64,000 bases of DNA. Origin: Alphaproteobacteria bacterium. GTDB lineage: Bacteria > Pseudomonadota > Alphaproteobacteria > JANSWW01. Position 1 is the stretch's first letter, and every line of letters starts with the position of its first letter. Made by a program: the position numbers and the translations under genes. Positions 50,704-60,708 of this stretch are shown here, one piece after another. The stretch lies in contig JANSWW010000007.1 of NCBI GenBank assembly GCA_024743275.1, positions 4,256 through 68,255 on the forward strand, in the 5' to 3' direction. Under the pieces are notes generated by a model. It was given only the letters and a program-made list of their open reading frames with translations. It did not search any database and was not told the DNA's origin.

Positions 50704-51480
50704 CTACCGATAGCGCTCGAGGATTGCGCGGATGCTGCCATCGGCCTTCATCCCCCGCAATGTGGCGCGATAGGCCGCGACCCGATCGGGTGGATAGTTG
50801 AGACCGGCGACCACATAGACCGGGGCGGTCCGGATTGCTGTTCCGGATGTGAGCGGCTGATCAATGCCCGCCTTCTTCCACGTCCAGACGGCCAGAGAGT
50901 GGGTCAGGGCCCAGGCGTCGATCCGGCCGGCCCTCAGTTTCTGGGCATTGGTGGTCGGGCTATCGACCCGTTCGATATTGGTGAAGCCGATCTTGGTGAG
51001 GAACACGTCCATGCTGGCATCGGTTTCAACGCCGATCCGATCCAGTTTTCGGGCGGCCTCCAGATTGTCGATGGGCGCCCCGACCGTATGGAAGGCGTCA
51101 TAGACGTCGTGGGTATGGGCGATCCAGCGATAGTCCTTCTCCCGCCCCGGCAAGCGGTAAAGCGCCGGCTGCAGAGCGTCGTCCCGGTGGCGAAGGGTCT
51201 TCAAGGCCCTTCGAAACGGTAGGAACTCGATTGTGTTGGATCGCCCGAGGCGGCGGGCCGCCTCCCGCAGGATCTCGATGGAGGACCCCGGCATCTCGGT
51301 CTCTCCGTCGATCATCAAGGGCGGATAATAAGCGGCGATAAAGTGGTCGGCGCCGGAGCGTTCGGCCGCGTGGACGGGCGCCGTCATCAACAGGGCCGCA
51401 ACAGCCAAACGGAGGACAAAGGATCGGGTCACACTGAAAAGCATCTGTCGCATCCCGGTTTCCTCCACCTCACCCGGCAC
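50704..51480 (-). CDS. Periplasmic solute-binding protein (family-3-like), co-transcribed with the upstream kinase
   Basis: Signal peptide LAVAALLMTAPVHA, then a solute-binding-type fold. Confidence 0.55.
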   Translation of the reverse strand: MPGEVEETGMRQMLFSVTRSFVLRLAVAALLMTAPVHAAERSGADHFIAAYYPPLMIDGETEMPGSSIEILREAARRLGRSNTIEFLPFRRALKTLRHRDDALQPALYRLPGREKDYRWIAHTHDVYDAFHTVGAPIDNLEAARKLDRIGVETDASMDVFLTKIGFTNIERVDSPTTNAQKLRAGRIDAWALTHSLAVWTWKKAGIDQPLTSGTAIRTAPVYVVAGLNYPPDRVAAYRATLRGMKADGSIRAILERYR

Positions 51481-52986
51481 CTATAGTGCCCGAACCATCG
51501 TTAAGAAGTCGTCAACGGTTCTGGAAAGCGCTTCCGCATCGGCGCTCAACTGCGAGGACGCGTTGACCATTTCGACGGAGGACCGTCCCGTTTCGGCGGA
51601 GGCCTCCTGCACGCCGTTCGTATTGTTGGTGACTTCCGCCGTCGCCGCCGACTGTTGTTCGACCGCCGAGGAGATCGCCGTCGAGATCGCCGACAATTCC
51701 TCGATCAGGCTCTGAATGGTGGCGGTCGATTTGACCGAGTCCTGCGTGGCGGAGCGGACATTGTTGATTTGTTTGGTGATGTCCTCCGTCGCGGATGCCG
51801 TCTGGGTCGCCAGCGCCTTGACCTCTGAGGCCACGACCGCGAAACCTTTACCGGCTTCTCCCGCCCGGGCCGCCTCGATGGTGGCATTCAAGGCCAAGAG
51901 ATTGGTCTGGTCCGCGATCTCTTTGATCAATTGAACGACTTCCCCAATCTTTTCGACAGAATGCGAGAGGCGTTCGGCGCTTTCCGACGACGCTTCCGAT
52001 GCCGCGACCGCGTCCCCGAATGTGGCGCTGGAGGCTTGAACCTGACGGCTGATCTCGTTGATCGAAGCGGTCAGTTCCTCGGCTGCGGTTGCCACCATTT
52101 GGGACTGGGCGCTGGTTTGTTCCGCTGTCGCCGAAAGCGACTCCGAGGTGGATTGGAGTTCCGTCGCGGCGGATGACACCGTGTCGACCACGCTTTTCAC
52201 ATCGGTCTCGAACTTGTCGGCCACCGCGACCCGGTCGGTCACGATGGACCAGCTGACCATGGCCGCCTCGTAGTCTCCGTTTTCGTCGGTCACCGCCGAG
52301 ACACGGAGGTCCAGGGTCTCGTCGCCCAGCATGATCTTGGCGTTGTGCGGAAGATTATCCGGATTTGACAGCATGGTGCGTTGATGGGACGGGTTCTTGT
52401 GGAAGACGTCGATCGTGTTGCCGACCAGGTCCTCCGCGGCGATCGGAATGAGATGCTCAAGTTTCTTCAGCGTTTCGATGGTCGTGCGGTTCGCATAGGT
52501 GATCTCGCAACTGTCCTTGTCGGCCATCATTACGTTGATCGGCATGTCATTCAGCATCTTCATGAGCTGCGCGGTCTTGCGTTCCTGCGCCACCTGCTCG
52601 GTCACCAGTTGCCAGGTGACCATCGGGCCGACATAGCGGCCCTGGGCGTCGCGCATCGCAGTGACCAACAGGTCCAGGATTTCCCCACCGATCTCGATTC
52701 GCGCCGCATGCGGAAGGTTGGCGGGGTCCCTCAGCATGGTCTGCTGGTGAGTCGGGTTCTTGTGGAACACGTCGATCGAGGCGCCGACGATCTCGTCGGC
52801 GGTAATCGGCAAGGCGTGTTCGATGGTCCGAAGCGTCTCGACCGTCGCCTTGTTGGCGTAGTTGATCGTGTAGCTGTTCAGGTCGCAGGTCATCACATTG
52901 ACCGGCATTTCCTGAAGCATCGACTCGAGAACCGGGCGCGAGAATTGGGCGGCGTCGCCCTCTGTTTTGACTAATCCGAAAAACAT
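51481..52986 (-). CDS. Cytoplasmic methyl-accepting chemotaxis protein with two PAS-like domains (start at MFFGLV; GGAGGG ribosome-binding site)
   Basis: Duplicated PVNVMTCDL.../PINVMMADK... modules; MCP signalling domain ...[35 protein letters not shown]. Confidence 0.8.
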   Translation of the reverse strand: MFFGLVKTEGDAAQFSRPVLESMLQEMPVNVMTCDLNSYTINYANKATVETLRTIEHALPITADEIVGASIDVFHKNPTHQQTMLRDPANLPHAARIEIGGEILDLLVTAMRDAQGRYVGPMVTWQLVTEQVAQERKTAQLMKMLNDMPINVMMADKDSCEITYANRTTIETLKKLEHLIPIAAEDLVGNTIDVFHKNPSHQRTMLSNPDNLPHNAKIMLGDETLDLRVSAVTDENGDYEAAMVSWSIVTDRVAVADKFETDVKSVVDTVSSAATELQSTSESLSATAEQTSAQSQMVATAAEELTASINEISRQVQASSATFGDAVAASEASSESAERLSHSVEKIGEVVQLIKEIADQTNLLALNATIEAARAGEAGKGFAVVASEVKALATQTASATEDITKQINNVRSATQDSVKSTATIQSLIEELSAISTAISSAVEQQSAATAEVTNNTNGVQEASAETGRSSVEMVNASSQLSADAEALSRTVDDFLTMVRAL

Positions 52987-53297
52987 CTTTTCGACCCTCC
53001 TTGGACTCCTTGGCAGCGAATCGGACGACCTTTGCGATTGGCGGGCTGTCCAATGCTTTGAATTTACCCACATGAAGATTGTGGCCTTAAGAGTTAACGA
53101 ATCCTTTCGGTTGAGGTATTTTTTTTGAAACACCTGTTTAATAGAGGGGTTCGAGGGTATTTCGAATTAATTTTCAGACGCTTAAGGGCGGAGTTCTTTT
53201 TTCGAATCCGTCTCAAAAACACAATTTGAAAGATGAGTGTGTAGAATTTTATGATTCTCTAATTAACGAATTAATCAAACTGAAAAGGCCCGGTCGG

Positions 53298-54110
53298 CTA
53301 ATCCAGCTTCGACCAATCGACATTCTCGGCGCCGTTCCCGTCATCGGCGGCGTCGAGGATGACCAGTTCTTCAAGGTCCCCGCGTTTCGCGGCCGTTGTG
53401 ACCCGGCCGAGGAAATCCGTGGCCGACTCGCCTTCATTGAGGACGCCGACAACGCAGGCCTTGGCACCGATGAGCGCTTTCAGGCGCTCGGCGACGATGG
53501 CGGCCCCCGCAACGCTCGTTTCCGGCAGCAGGGCGGCGGCGGTATCGCCGCTCAACGGGGCGACCGTATCCACATCCCGCAGGCCGTTGGAGATCAGGGA
53601 GATATCCTTGGCGGCGTTGTTCACCGCCAGGGCGACCATTCCGAGCGATCCGCCATAGCGGCGCTTGCGGCGGATCTCGTATTGCAGGATCGTGTCGAAC
53701 ACCCGGCGATCGGTGACGGCCGCCGATTGTCCGATGGCGGAGATCGCTTCCACATCCTTGAGCGCACGGCTCAGGGAAAGCTGGGTTTCGATCCGTGTCT
53801 TCAGGAGTCGCTTCTGGATCGGGCGCCGAACCAAATCCGTGACCGGCAGATCGACCTGGTCGATCTGGTCGGCCAACTCGCCGTCCACCACCAGCAGGGT
53901 CGGGATGATGTCGTCGAAGGCCAGCGTCGCCAGCATCTCGTTGACCCGGCCGACGGAGCGCCCGGCGAAAAGCACCGCCAGATCCGGCGATCTCGACCCG
54001 GTCGCCGGGTCTTCCCCGTCGATTGCCACCAGATCCGCGTCCGGGGCGATCTGCGCCACCAGGCCATGCTCCTCCGCGGTGGCGCCGACGAGAAAGATCG
54101 TGGTGGTCAT
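53298..54110 (-). CDS. Receiver-like domain fused to a degenerate GGDEF-like domain (probably enzymatically inactive)
   Basis: RRYGGSLGMVALAV sits in the GGDEF position (GGSLG instead of GG(D/E)EF). Pseudo-receiver N-terminus. Confidence 0.45.
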   Translation of the reverse strand: MTTTIFLVGATAEEHGLVAQIAPDADLVAIDGEDPATGSRSPDLAVLFAGRSVGRVNEMLATLAFDDIIPTLLVVDGELADQIDQVDLPVTDLVRRPIQKRLLKTRIETQLSLSRALKDVEAISAIGQSAAVTDRRVFDTILQYEIRRKRRYGGSLGMVALAVNNAAKDISLISNGLRDVDTVAPLSGDTAAALLPETSVAGAAIVAERLKALIGAKACVVGVLNEGESATDFLGRVTTAAKRGDLEELVILDAADDGNGAENVDWSKLD

Positions 54111-55321
54111 GTCGGGACCCCGGACACCGGCGGGGGCAGGTCGTTGGACATCTGCGACGACAGGGTCGCCTGCATGCGCGAAAGCATGTCGCTCATCTGG
54201 TCGAAATTGATACGCCCCTTGGGATCGCCGCGGAGCGCGCGGTCGAAGATGTTCACACAGTGGAGCAGCGCCGAACAGGTGAAGCCCAGCACCCAGTAGC
54301 GGGTGGCCGCCGTGCGGAAGAAGTCCCGCAGCGGCCGCGGATCGTGCTGTTCGAAAAACGCCTGATAGGCCGCGTCATAATCGTTGAACACCTGCCGGAC
54401 ACTGCGCAGCAGATGTTCGAGCTGATGGAAAACCTGGCGCTTATGCATTTCCAGGCCTTCCATATAGATCCTGTATTGGGAGGCATCGACCGGCCGGGCA
54501 TAGGGCGACCGGAACCAGCCAACCACCGTCTTCAGCCCGTGGGCGTTCTTCGCGAAGAGATACTGATAGTAGGAAACGCCCTTCCAGCCATCGAACACGC
54601 TGTCGACTTCCTTCTCGTCGATCCGGAAGGCTTTGATGAACAGGCGCGCCTCCGGCAGGCTCGGATCCCAGATGGCGTCGATGAAGCGTTGGGTCGTATC
54701 GTTGCCGCCGCCGCTCTTCTTTTTGGTATGGCCCTCCAGCGCGAACTGGATGATCGGCTGGATACGGGCGGTCAGGTGACGTTTGATCTCCCGCTCCTCG
54801 CCAGGCGGCAGGTCGAAGAATCGTCCGTCGATGTCGACTTTCTCGCGCTCCAACGAGGTCTTGAGAAGGAAGGGGTCGAGCGACGGCGCCTGATCGAGAA
54901 TGGTCAGTTTCTTGATGTCGCCGTCGAGGTCCTCGCCTTCGATGTCGAGGCCGAAATAATGGCCCAGCAGCTCTTGAAACTGCTTTTGGCGCAGATAGAT
55001 GGCGGCTCCGCCGATCTCCATCCGCCGGTCGTCGTTGGGCACGAAAATCGCCGTCTCGATCGGCTTGTCGAGTTCCGCGAGCTTGCTACCCGCCCCGAAA
55101 TCGAAGCCCCGCATGTCCGCGAGTTCGATATCGAAATTCGGGTATTTGAAGATGATAACCTTGTTGAGGCTTTCGCGCGCGAAGAAGCGGGCGTCGTCCC
55201 CAAGCTCCTTCCGTTTCCGGATGAGATTGAAGGTGATGCTGGAACCACCATTGAGGATCTGATCCAAAATCGGTGTCAGAGTCTTGGCGCTGCTCCCGGA
55301 ACTACGACCGCCACCGTACAT
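54107..55321 (-). CDS. Hypothetical protein (404 aa), 4-nt overlap with the downstream GGDEF-like gene
   Basis: ORF with strong third-position GC; no recognised domain. Confidence 0.5.
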   Translation of the reverse strand: MYGGGRSSGSSAKTLTPILDQILNGGSSITFNLIRKRKELGDDARFFARESLNKVIIFKYPNFDIELADMRGFDFGAGSKLAELDKPIETAIFVPNDDRRMEIGGAAIYLRQKQFQELLGHYFGLDIEGEDLDGDIKKLTILDQAPSLDPFLLKTSLEREKVDIDGRFFDLPPGEEREIKRHLTARIQPIIQFALEGHTKKKSGGGNDTTQRFIDAIWDPSLPEARLFIKAFRIDEKEVDSVFDGWKGVSYYQYLFAKNAHGLKTVVGWFRSPYARPVDASQYRIYMEGLEMHKRQVFHQLEHLLRSVRQVFNDYDAAYQAFFEQHDPRPLRDFFRTAATRYWVLGFTCSALLHCVNIFDRALRGDPKGRINFDQMSDMLSRMQATLSSQMSNDLPPPVSGVPT

Positions 55322-55533
55322 TTAGACCTCGTTCGGATTTACGTTACGGCCAAACCTAGAGCGCCCGGAGCCGGTTAGCAATTTATTCCATGGGCTCAAA
55401 CGGCGTGCATTGGTCTTCTCTGATCCGCGCGCCATCCGGCCGCCCGTCGTCATACGAATGTGCTGGCGGACGCGCGGGCGGCGGTCGGCGCGTCCTTTGC
55501 GCCAACCGACAATGATCCAGCATGGAGAGCGGT

Positions 55534-56118
55534 TCAGTCCAGCAGACGAAGCGTTTCGTCGATAATGCCGACGGCCCGGGCGCGGTCTTTGCGCATGCGC
55601 AGGGTGACCCGGATCCCGATGAGGGTGTTGATGAAGATCTGGGCCAGCAGCCGGGCATCCTTCTCGATCCCGAGCTGACCCTGCGCCTGGGCTTTCTCAA
55701 GCCGTTTGACGAGAATCTCCTCGGTATCCAGGAAGCCGTTCCAGATACGCTCGTTCGCGGTCTCGTCGAACGGTCCGAGCTCGACGGCCGAATTCGCGAG
55801 CATGCAGCCGCAGTACTCGCCCTCGCCCAGCGAGAAGTCGATCACGCTTGTGAAATACGCCTGCAGCGCCGTCTTGATGGGAGCCGCGTCGTTGCCGAGG
55901 CCGGTTTCCATACGATGATTGCGGTGGGCGATATAACTGTCCAAGGCCTCGAAATAGAGAGCCTGTTTATCGCCGAAGGCCGCATAAATGCTGCCCCGGT
56001 TCATATTCATGGCTTTTTCGAGCACCGGATAGGATGTCCGCTCGTAGCCGTAGCGCCAGAAGGTGCGCATGGCTGCGTCGAGGGCATCGTCTCTATCGTA
56101 TTCGCGGGGACGTGACAT
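55534..56118 (-). CDS. TetR/AcrR-family transcriptional regulator
   Basis: N-terminal HTH ...AAMRTFWRYGYERTSYPVLEKAMNMNRGSIYAAFGDKQALY. Confidence 0.8.
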   Translation of the reverse strand: MSRPREYDRDDALDAAMRTFWRYGYERTSYPVLEKAMNMNRGSIYAAFGDKQALYFEALDSYIAHRNHRMETGLGNDAAPIKTALQAYFTSVIDFSLGEGEYCGCMLANSAVELGPFDETANERIWNGFLDTEEILVKRLEKAQAQGQLGIEKDARLLAQIFINTLIGIRVTLRMRKDRARAVGIIDETLRLLD

Positions 56119-56439
56119 GTGTCTCTAACCGAAGTTCTTATTTCGCGCGGCTCTGCCGCGTTCTCACACCTACGTTTAGGTATACTCCGTAAAAATTTAG
56201 TAAAGAGGAATCGGTCTCGTTTGAAGCGGGCGTTTGATGGAGTGCCCGGGCTCGGCAGGGCGCTTTTCCCGCAGACGGTTTTCCGGTAGAGGAGGGGTGG
56301 AGCGGGCCCGCCCCCGCGACGCAAAAACCTTTGCCTTGCGCTTGAAACACCGAAGAATGCCCAAAGAATCGAAGGATCGACGGGGTTTCTGCCTTAGATT
56401 TACTAAGGTCCACCTTTCACGGTAATTCAACAGGATTCC

Positions 56440-58536
56440 ATGGATCAACTCTGGCTCCTCATTTCGGCGGCCCTCGTCCTGTTCATGCAGGCGGGGTTTG
56501 TATGCATCGAAGCAGGGCTGGTCCGCGCCAAGAACATGATCAATGTGGCGATCAAGAACGTCTTGGACGCCGCCATCGCATTTCTGCTGTTCATTCTGTT
56601 CGGGTTCGGCCTGATGTTCGGCGACACCATCGGCGGGTATGTGGGGGTCGTGCCGGACAGTCTCGATCTGAGCATGCAAGGCGGCGCCTTTCTGCTGTTC
56701 CAGATGGTCTTCTGCACCACCGCGACCACCATCGTCTCCGGCGCCGTTGCCGAGCGTATGAGTTTTCGCGGCTATCTGGTGATCGCCGCCATCACGGCGG
56801 GGGTGATCTATCCGATCTTCGGCCATTGGGCCTGGAATGGCGTGGACGGTGGCACCTACTCCGGATGGCTTGGGGAGATCGGGTTCCGCGACTTCGCCGG
56901 GGCCATGGTCGTGCACGGGATCGGCGGGTTCGTCGCCCTCGCCGCGATTCTGGTGATCGGCCCGCGGATCGGCCGTTTCGGACCGGGCGGGAAGCGCATC
57001 GACGGTCAGAATCCCGCACTGTCGGCGATCGGCCTTCTGGTCATGTGGGTCGGCTGGATCGGTTTCAACGGCGGTAGTGAGCTCGCCTTCACCGAGAATG
57101 TACCGCGCATCATCATCGTGACCCTCGCCGCCGGGGCGGCGGGCGGAATCGCCGTCCTGATGCGCGTCCCCCTGACGGGAAAGCCGCCACCGGTCGAGGT
57201 CATCGTCAACGGATCCTTCGCCGGCCTCGTCGCCATCACCGCCTGCGCCAACTCCGTCGGCGTGACGGACGGTGTGATCATCGGCGCGATCGCCGGCCTT
57301 GTCTGCTACGCCGGGATTCGATTGCTGGAAATCCTGCGGATCGACGATGCGGTCGGCGCGGTGCCGGCCCATCTCTTCGCCGGGGCCTGGGGCATCCTCG
57401 CGGTCGGCATCTGGGGCGATCCGGAGGTGCTGGGAACGGGTCTGAGCCGGATCGATCAGATCCTTGTCCAGTTGCTCGGTATCGCGGTGGCCGCCGGGTT
57501 CGCCTTCACGACCGCCTTCGTGCTGTTGACCCTCATCAATCTGGCCACCCCGCTGCGCGTGCCGCCGCAGGCCGAGGAGATCGGCCTGAACATCGCGGAG
57601 CACGGTGCCTCGTCGGACCTGATCAAGCTGGTCGGTGAGATGGATCTGCACCGCGCGACCGGTGATTTCTCCCGGCCGGTCGAGGTTCCCTACGGGACCG
57701 AGGTCGCCGCGATCGCCGCCCAGTACAACGAGGTCACCTCGAAGTTTCGCGAACTGGACGCCGACAAGGCCAAGGCGCTCGAAGCGCTGCGGGAGGCCCG
57801 CGATCACGCGGAAAGCGCAAACCGGTCCAAAAGCGCCTTCCTGGCCGCCATGAGCCATGAATTGCGGACGCCGCTCAACGCCATTATCGGCTTCTCCGAA
57901 CTGCTGACCTCTCAGATCCACGGCGTTCTGGGGCATGAGCGCTACAAGGAATACGCGACCGACATCCAGGACAGCGGACGGCATCTGCTCTCGATCATCA
58001 ACGATATCCTCGACTACTCGAAAATCGAGGCGGGGCGCTATGAGTTGAACGAGGAGGAGATGCCGGTTGAGCGTGTCGTTCAGGACGCCCTGCGCATGGT
58101 CCGGGTTCAGGCGAGCAGCAAGTCGATCGAGATCGAGGTTTCCATCGCCGACACCGTGCCGCGGATCGTCGCCGACCGCCGTGCCATTCGCCAGGTTCTG
58201 CTCAACCTCCTTTCCAACGCGGTCAAGTTCACCGACACCGGCGGTCGCATCCGGCTCGTCTGCGAGGTCGAGGAAGATGGCAGGGTCGCGATCTCCGTCA
58301 CCGATAACGGGGTCGGGATGAGCCGGGCGGAGATCACGGTCGCCCTGGAGGCCTTCGGTCAGGTGCAGTCGGACTACACCACGAAATCGGCCGGGACAGG
58401 CCTCGGTCTGCCGCTTGCCAGACTTCTGATGCAGCAGCATGGTGGAACCTTGACGATCGACAGCGTCAAGGGAGAGGGCACCCGGGTGACCCTGCGCTTG
58501 CCCCCGGACCGGTCGGTTCGCGATACGGTCGCGTGA
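56440..58536 (+). CDS. Ammonium transporter (Amt) domain fused to a histidine kinase (HisKA plus HATPase_c)
   Basis: N-terminal ~400 aa with Amt signatures (...FVCIEAGLVRAKN..., ...HGIGGFVALAAILVIGPRIGRF...); C-terminal AMSHELRTPLNAIIGFSELL and G-boxes. Confidence 0.8.
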   Translation: MDQLWLLISAALVLFMQAGFVCIEAGLVRAKNMINVAIKNVLDAAIAFLLFILFGFGLMFGDTIGGYVGVVPDSLDLSMQGGAFLLFQMVFCTTATTIVSGAVAERMSFRGYLVIAAITAGVIYPIFGHWAWNGVDGGTYSGWLGEIGFRDFAGAMVVHGIGGFVALAAILVIGPRIGRFGPGGKRIDGQNPALSAIGLLVMWVGWIGFNGGSELAFTENVPRIIIVTLAAGAAGGIAVLMRVPLTGKPPPVEVIVNGSFAGLVAITACANSVGVTDGVIIGAIAGLVCYAGIRLLEILRIDDAVGAVPAHLFAGAWGILAVGIWGDPEVLGTGLSRIDQILVQLLGIAVAAGFAFTTAFVLLTLINLATPLRVPPQAEEIGLNIAEHGASSDLIKLVGEMDLHRATGDFSRPVEVPYGTEVAAIAAQYNEVTSKFRELDADKAKALEALREARDHAESANRSKSAFLAAMSHELRTPLNAIIGFSELLTSQIHGVLGHERYKEYATDIQDSGRHLLSIINDILDYSKIEAGRYELNEEEMPVERVVQDALRMVRVQASSKSIEIEVSIADTVPRIVADRRAIRQVLLNLLSNAVKFTDTGGRIRLVCEVEEDGRVAISVTDNGVGMSRAEITVALEAFGQVQSDYTTKSAGTGLGLPLARLLMQQHGGTLTIDSVKGEGTRVTLRLPPDRSVRDTVA

Positions 58537-58570
58537 CCGGGATCTTCCGCGCGCGGAAAGGAATTGAGAC

Positions 58571-59107
58571 GTGGCAACGGGTGTGATTCGGCCGGCCCGG
58601 CCCGAGGATGCCGAACGCTTGATCGCCGTGCATCGCGCGGCGGTGCTCTCCATCGACCCGGCGGGCGGACCCCCGGCAGGCGGACCCCCGGCGGGGGGAC
58701 ACTATAACCGGGCGGTGTTGGAGGGATGGGCCTCTCCCGCGACAAAAGAGTCGGCTGAAACCATGGCCCGGTCGATCGCCGAAGTCGCCGAACACGCCTT
58801 CATCGCCGAATCGAGTCCGGCGACACTGGGCTGGTTCTCGCTCACGCCGGACGGCGCCCATGTCCGGGCCTTCTATGTCGCCCCGGAATTCGCCCGGCGC
58901 GGTGTCGGGCAGGCTATGATGGCGGTCGCCGCCGCGGCGTCACGGTCGCTGGGCAACGAGGTGCTGAGCATCCATGCGTCCTTGAACGCGGTCTCCTTCT
59001 ATCGCGGGCAGGGTTTCATCGGGGAGGAGCGGGTGACGGTGCCGCTCGGCGGCGAGATCGACATCGAGGCGATCGCCATGACCCTGGTGCTGCCGAAGAC
59101 CGGCTAG
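58571..59107 (+). CDS. GNAT-family N-acetyltransferase containing a GGPPAGGPPAGG tandem peptide repeat
   Basis: ...FYVAPEFARRGVGQAMM... acetyl-CoA-binding motif. Confidence 0.7.
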   Translation: MATGVIRPARPEDAERLIAVHRAAVLSIDPAGGPPAGGPPAGGHYNRAVLEGWASPATKESAETMARSIAEVAEHAFIAESSPATLGWFSLTPDGAHVRAFYVAPEFARRGVGQAMMAVAAAASRSLGNEVLSIHASLNAVSFYRGQGFIGEERVTVPLGGEIDIEAIAMTLVLPKTG

Positions 59108-59730
59108 GCGACCTTGAGCACGCAGATATAGGCCCGGGTCTCCGTCGCCTGGATATAGTCGTCATAGCGGATCTCAAGGGTTTCGGCCGTCCCGTCCGCG
59201 GCGAGCCGGTCGAAGAAGCCGCGATAGTCCCGGTCGTCGAAGACGATCTCGTTCACCGTGAAGCACAGGAGCCCGCCGGGCTTCACCAACCCCATCAGCG
59301 GCAGCAGATGGTCGGGCAGGATCTCGTTGATCGAGAAGGTTCCGACCGACACCATCGCGTCGTAGGAGCGGGCGGGGAAATCGAGCGGCGCGCGGATGTC
59401 GGCGACCGTGAGGCTGCGGTAAATGCCCTTCTTCGCCGCCTCGTCCAACATCTCCTGAATGACGTCGACGGCGTCGATGACGCGATAGCCGAGATCGTGG
59501 AGCGCCTGTCCCGCCAATCCGGTGCCGGCGCCGACCTCAAGGATCTCGATATCGGTGTCGGGCTGATGGCGATGGAACAGTTCGGCGGTGCGCAGCGGGG
59601 CGACATAGCTGTAGTCGCCCGTCAGTTCCGCGTCATAGCTCTTGGCCCAGCGCCGGTAAAGATCCTGCCGTTTCTCTTCCGTGTCCGCGTCATAGGCTTC
59701 CTTGAGAAATCCTTTTCTTTCCATCGCCAT
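59104..59730 (-). CDS. Class I SAM-dependent methyltransferase (start at MAMERKG with GGAGG ribosome-binding site; ORF extends to 60054)
   Basis: ILEVGAGTGLAGQAL motif I, ...AVDVIQEMLD..., ...YDAMVSVGTF.... Confidence 0.7.
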   Translation of the reverse strand: MAMERKGFLKEAYDADTEEKRQDLYRRWAKSYDAELTGDYSYVAPLRTAELFHRHQPDTDIEILEVGAGTGLAGQALHDLGYRVIDAVDVIQEMLDEAAKKGIYRSLTVADIRAPLDFPARSYDAMVSVGTFSINEILPDHLLPLMGLVKPGGLLCFTVNEIVFDDRDYRGFFDRLAADGTAETLEIRYDDYIQATETRAYICVLKVA

Positions 59731-59957
59731 TGCCGCCTCCCCGGTTCGAAACGCGCTGAATTTCAGAACCATATCATAGAAGCGGGCTGAGTTCGGCGCG
59801 GGTGCCGCGACCTTGATTAGGTCTTCGTCCTCCCCCATTTTAGGGGCGTAGCGCCGCGTGATGCGGGCTGCCGACAGGCCGGGCGCCAAGATGGGTCCGG
59901 CGGTCGACATTCCAACAAGGGCCGCCACAGGCTCCGCAGGGGTTGTCCGGTGGGTCC

Positions 59958-59980
59958 GTCTCGCTTCGTGATGAAGGAGG
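59958..59980 (+). promoter_or_regulatory. Candidate ROSE-type RNA thermometer hairpin sequestering the hsp20 Shine-Dalgarno sequence
   Basis: 5'-CTCGCTTC-3' (59960-59967) can pair with GAAGGAG (59973-59979) across a 5-nt loop, leaving a single bulged G opposite the Shine-Dalgarno sequence, as in ROSE elements. Position is 12 nt upstream of the hsp20 ATG, in a ~260-nt 5' region. Confidence 0.3.
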
Positions 59981-59992
59981 CTCGATAAGAGG

Positions 59993-60400
59993 ATGTCCCG
60001 TTTGTCTTCGCTGAATTCCCCCCTTCTTTTGGGGTTCGAACAGTTCGAGCGCACGCTCGATCGTCTTCAGAAAGCATCTCAGGACGGCTATCCGCCCTAC
60101 AATATCGAACAGCTCGACGGATCCGGCCTCCGGATCACGCTCGCGGTCGCCGGATTCGCCCGCGACGAACTCGATATTACGGTCGAAAACAATCAGCTCA
60201 CCATCCGCGGCCAGAAGGCCGAGGAGGACGAGAACCGGGTGTTTCTGCACCGTGGGATCGCGTCCCGGCAGTTCCAGCGCACCTTCGTTCTCGCCGACGG
60301 GATCGAGGTGACCGACGCGGGGCTGGACAACGGCCTGTTGAACATCGACCTCGCCCGCCCCGAACCCGCCGTTCAGGTGCGGAAGATCGATATCTCGTAA
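59993..60400 (+). CDS. Hsp20/alpha-crystallin family small heat-shock protein
   Basis: ...PPYNIEQLDGSGLRITLAVAGFARDELDITVENNQLTIRGQK... alpha-crystallin domain. Confidence 0.85.
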   Translation: MSRLSSLNSPLLLGFEQFERTLDRLQKASQDGYPPYNIEQLDGSGLRITLAVAGFARDELDITVENNQLTIRGQKAEEDENRVFLHRGIASRQFQRTFVLADGIEVTDAGLDNGLLNIDLARPEPAVQVRKIDIS

Positions 60401-60419
60401 ATCTGAGGATGAACGAAGA

Positions 60420-60641
60420 ATGCACACCGAAAACCAAATCTGGTCGAGACTGAGTGCCCGGGATTTCGCCGCGTTGGGGCTCAACGAGGTGGCGTATATC
60501 ACGAAACTCTTGGACGAGGCCGGCAATTCCGCCTTCGTGGTCCGGGCCGCCAATGGCCAGGAGATCGGCACCATGAGCAAGCGCGACATCGCGGTCGCGG
60601 CCGTGCGGCAGCACGATATGGAGCCGCTCAGCGTCCACTGA
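60420..60641 (+). CDS. DUF1150-family small protein (commonly paired with hsp20 in alphaproteobacteria)
   Basis: 73-aa ORF 19 nt downstream of hsp20; sequence consistent with DUF1150. Confidence 0.55.
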   Translation: MHTENQIWSRLSARDFAALGLNEVAYITKLLDEAGNSAFVVRAANGQEIGTMSKRDIAVAAVRQHDMEPLSVH

Positions 60642-60674
60642 TTTTAGGAAGACCCCGGAAATCGCGGGAAAGGG

Positions 60675-60695
60675 ACCCGCCGCGTGTGGCGGCGG
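60675..60695. terminator. GC-rich hairpin between convergent genes (possible bidirectional terminator; no T-tract)
   Basis: CCCGCCGC-GTGTG-GCGGCGGG perfect 8-bp stem. Confidence 0.3.
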
Positions 60696-60708
60696 GTGGA
60701 CTCGGGGA

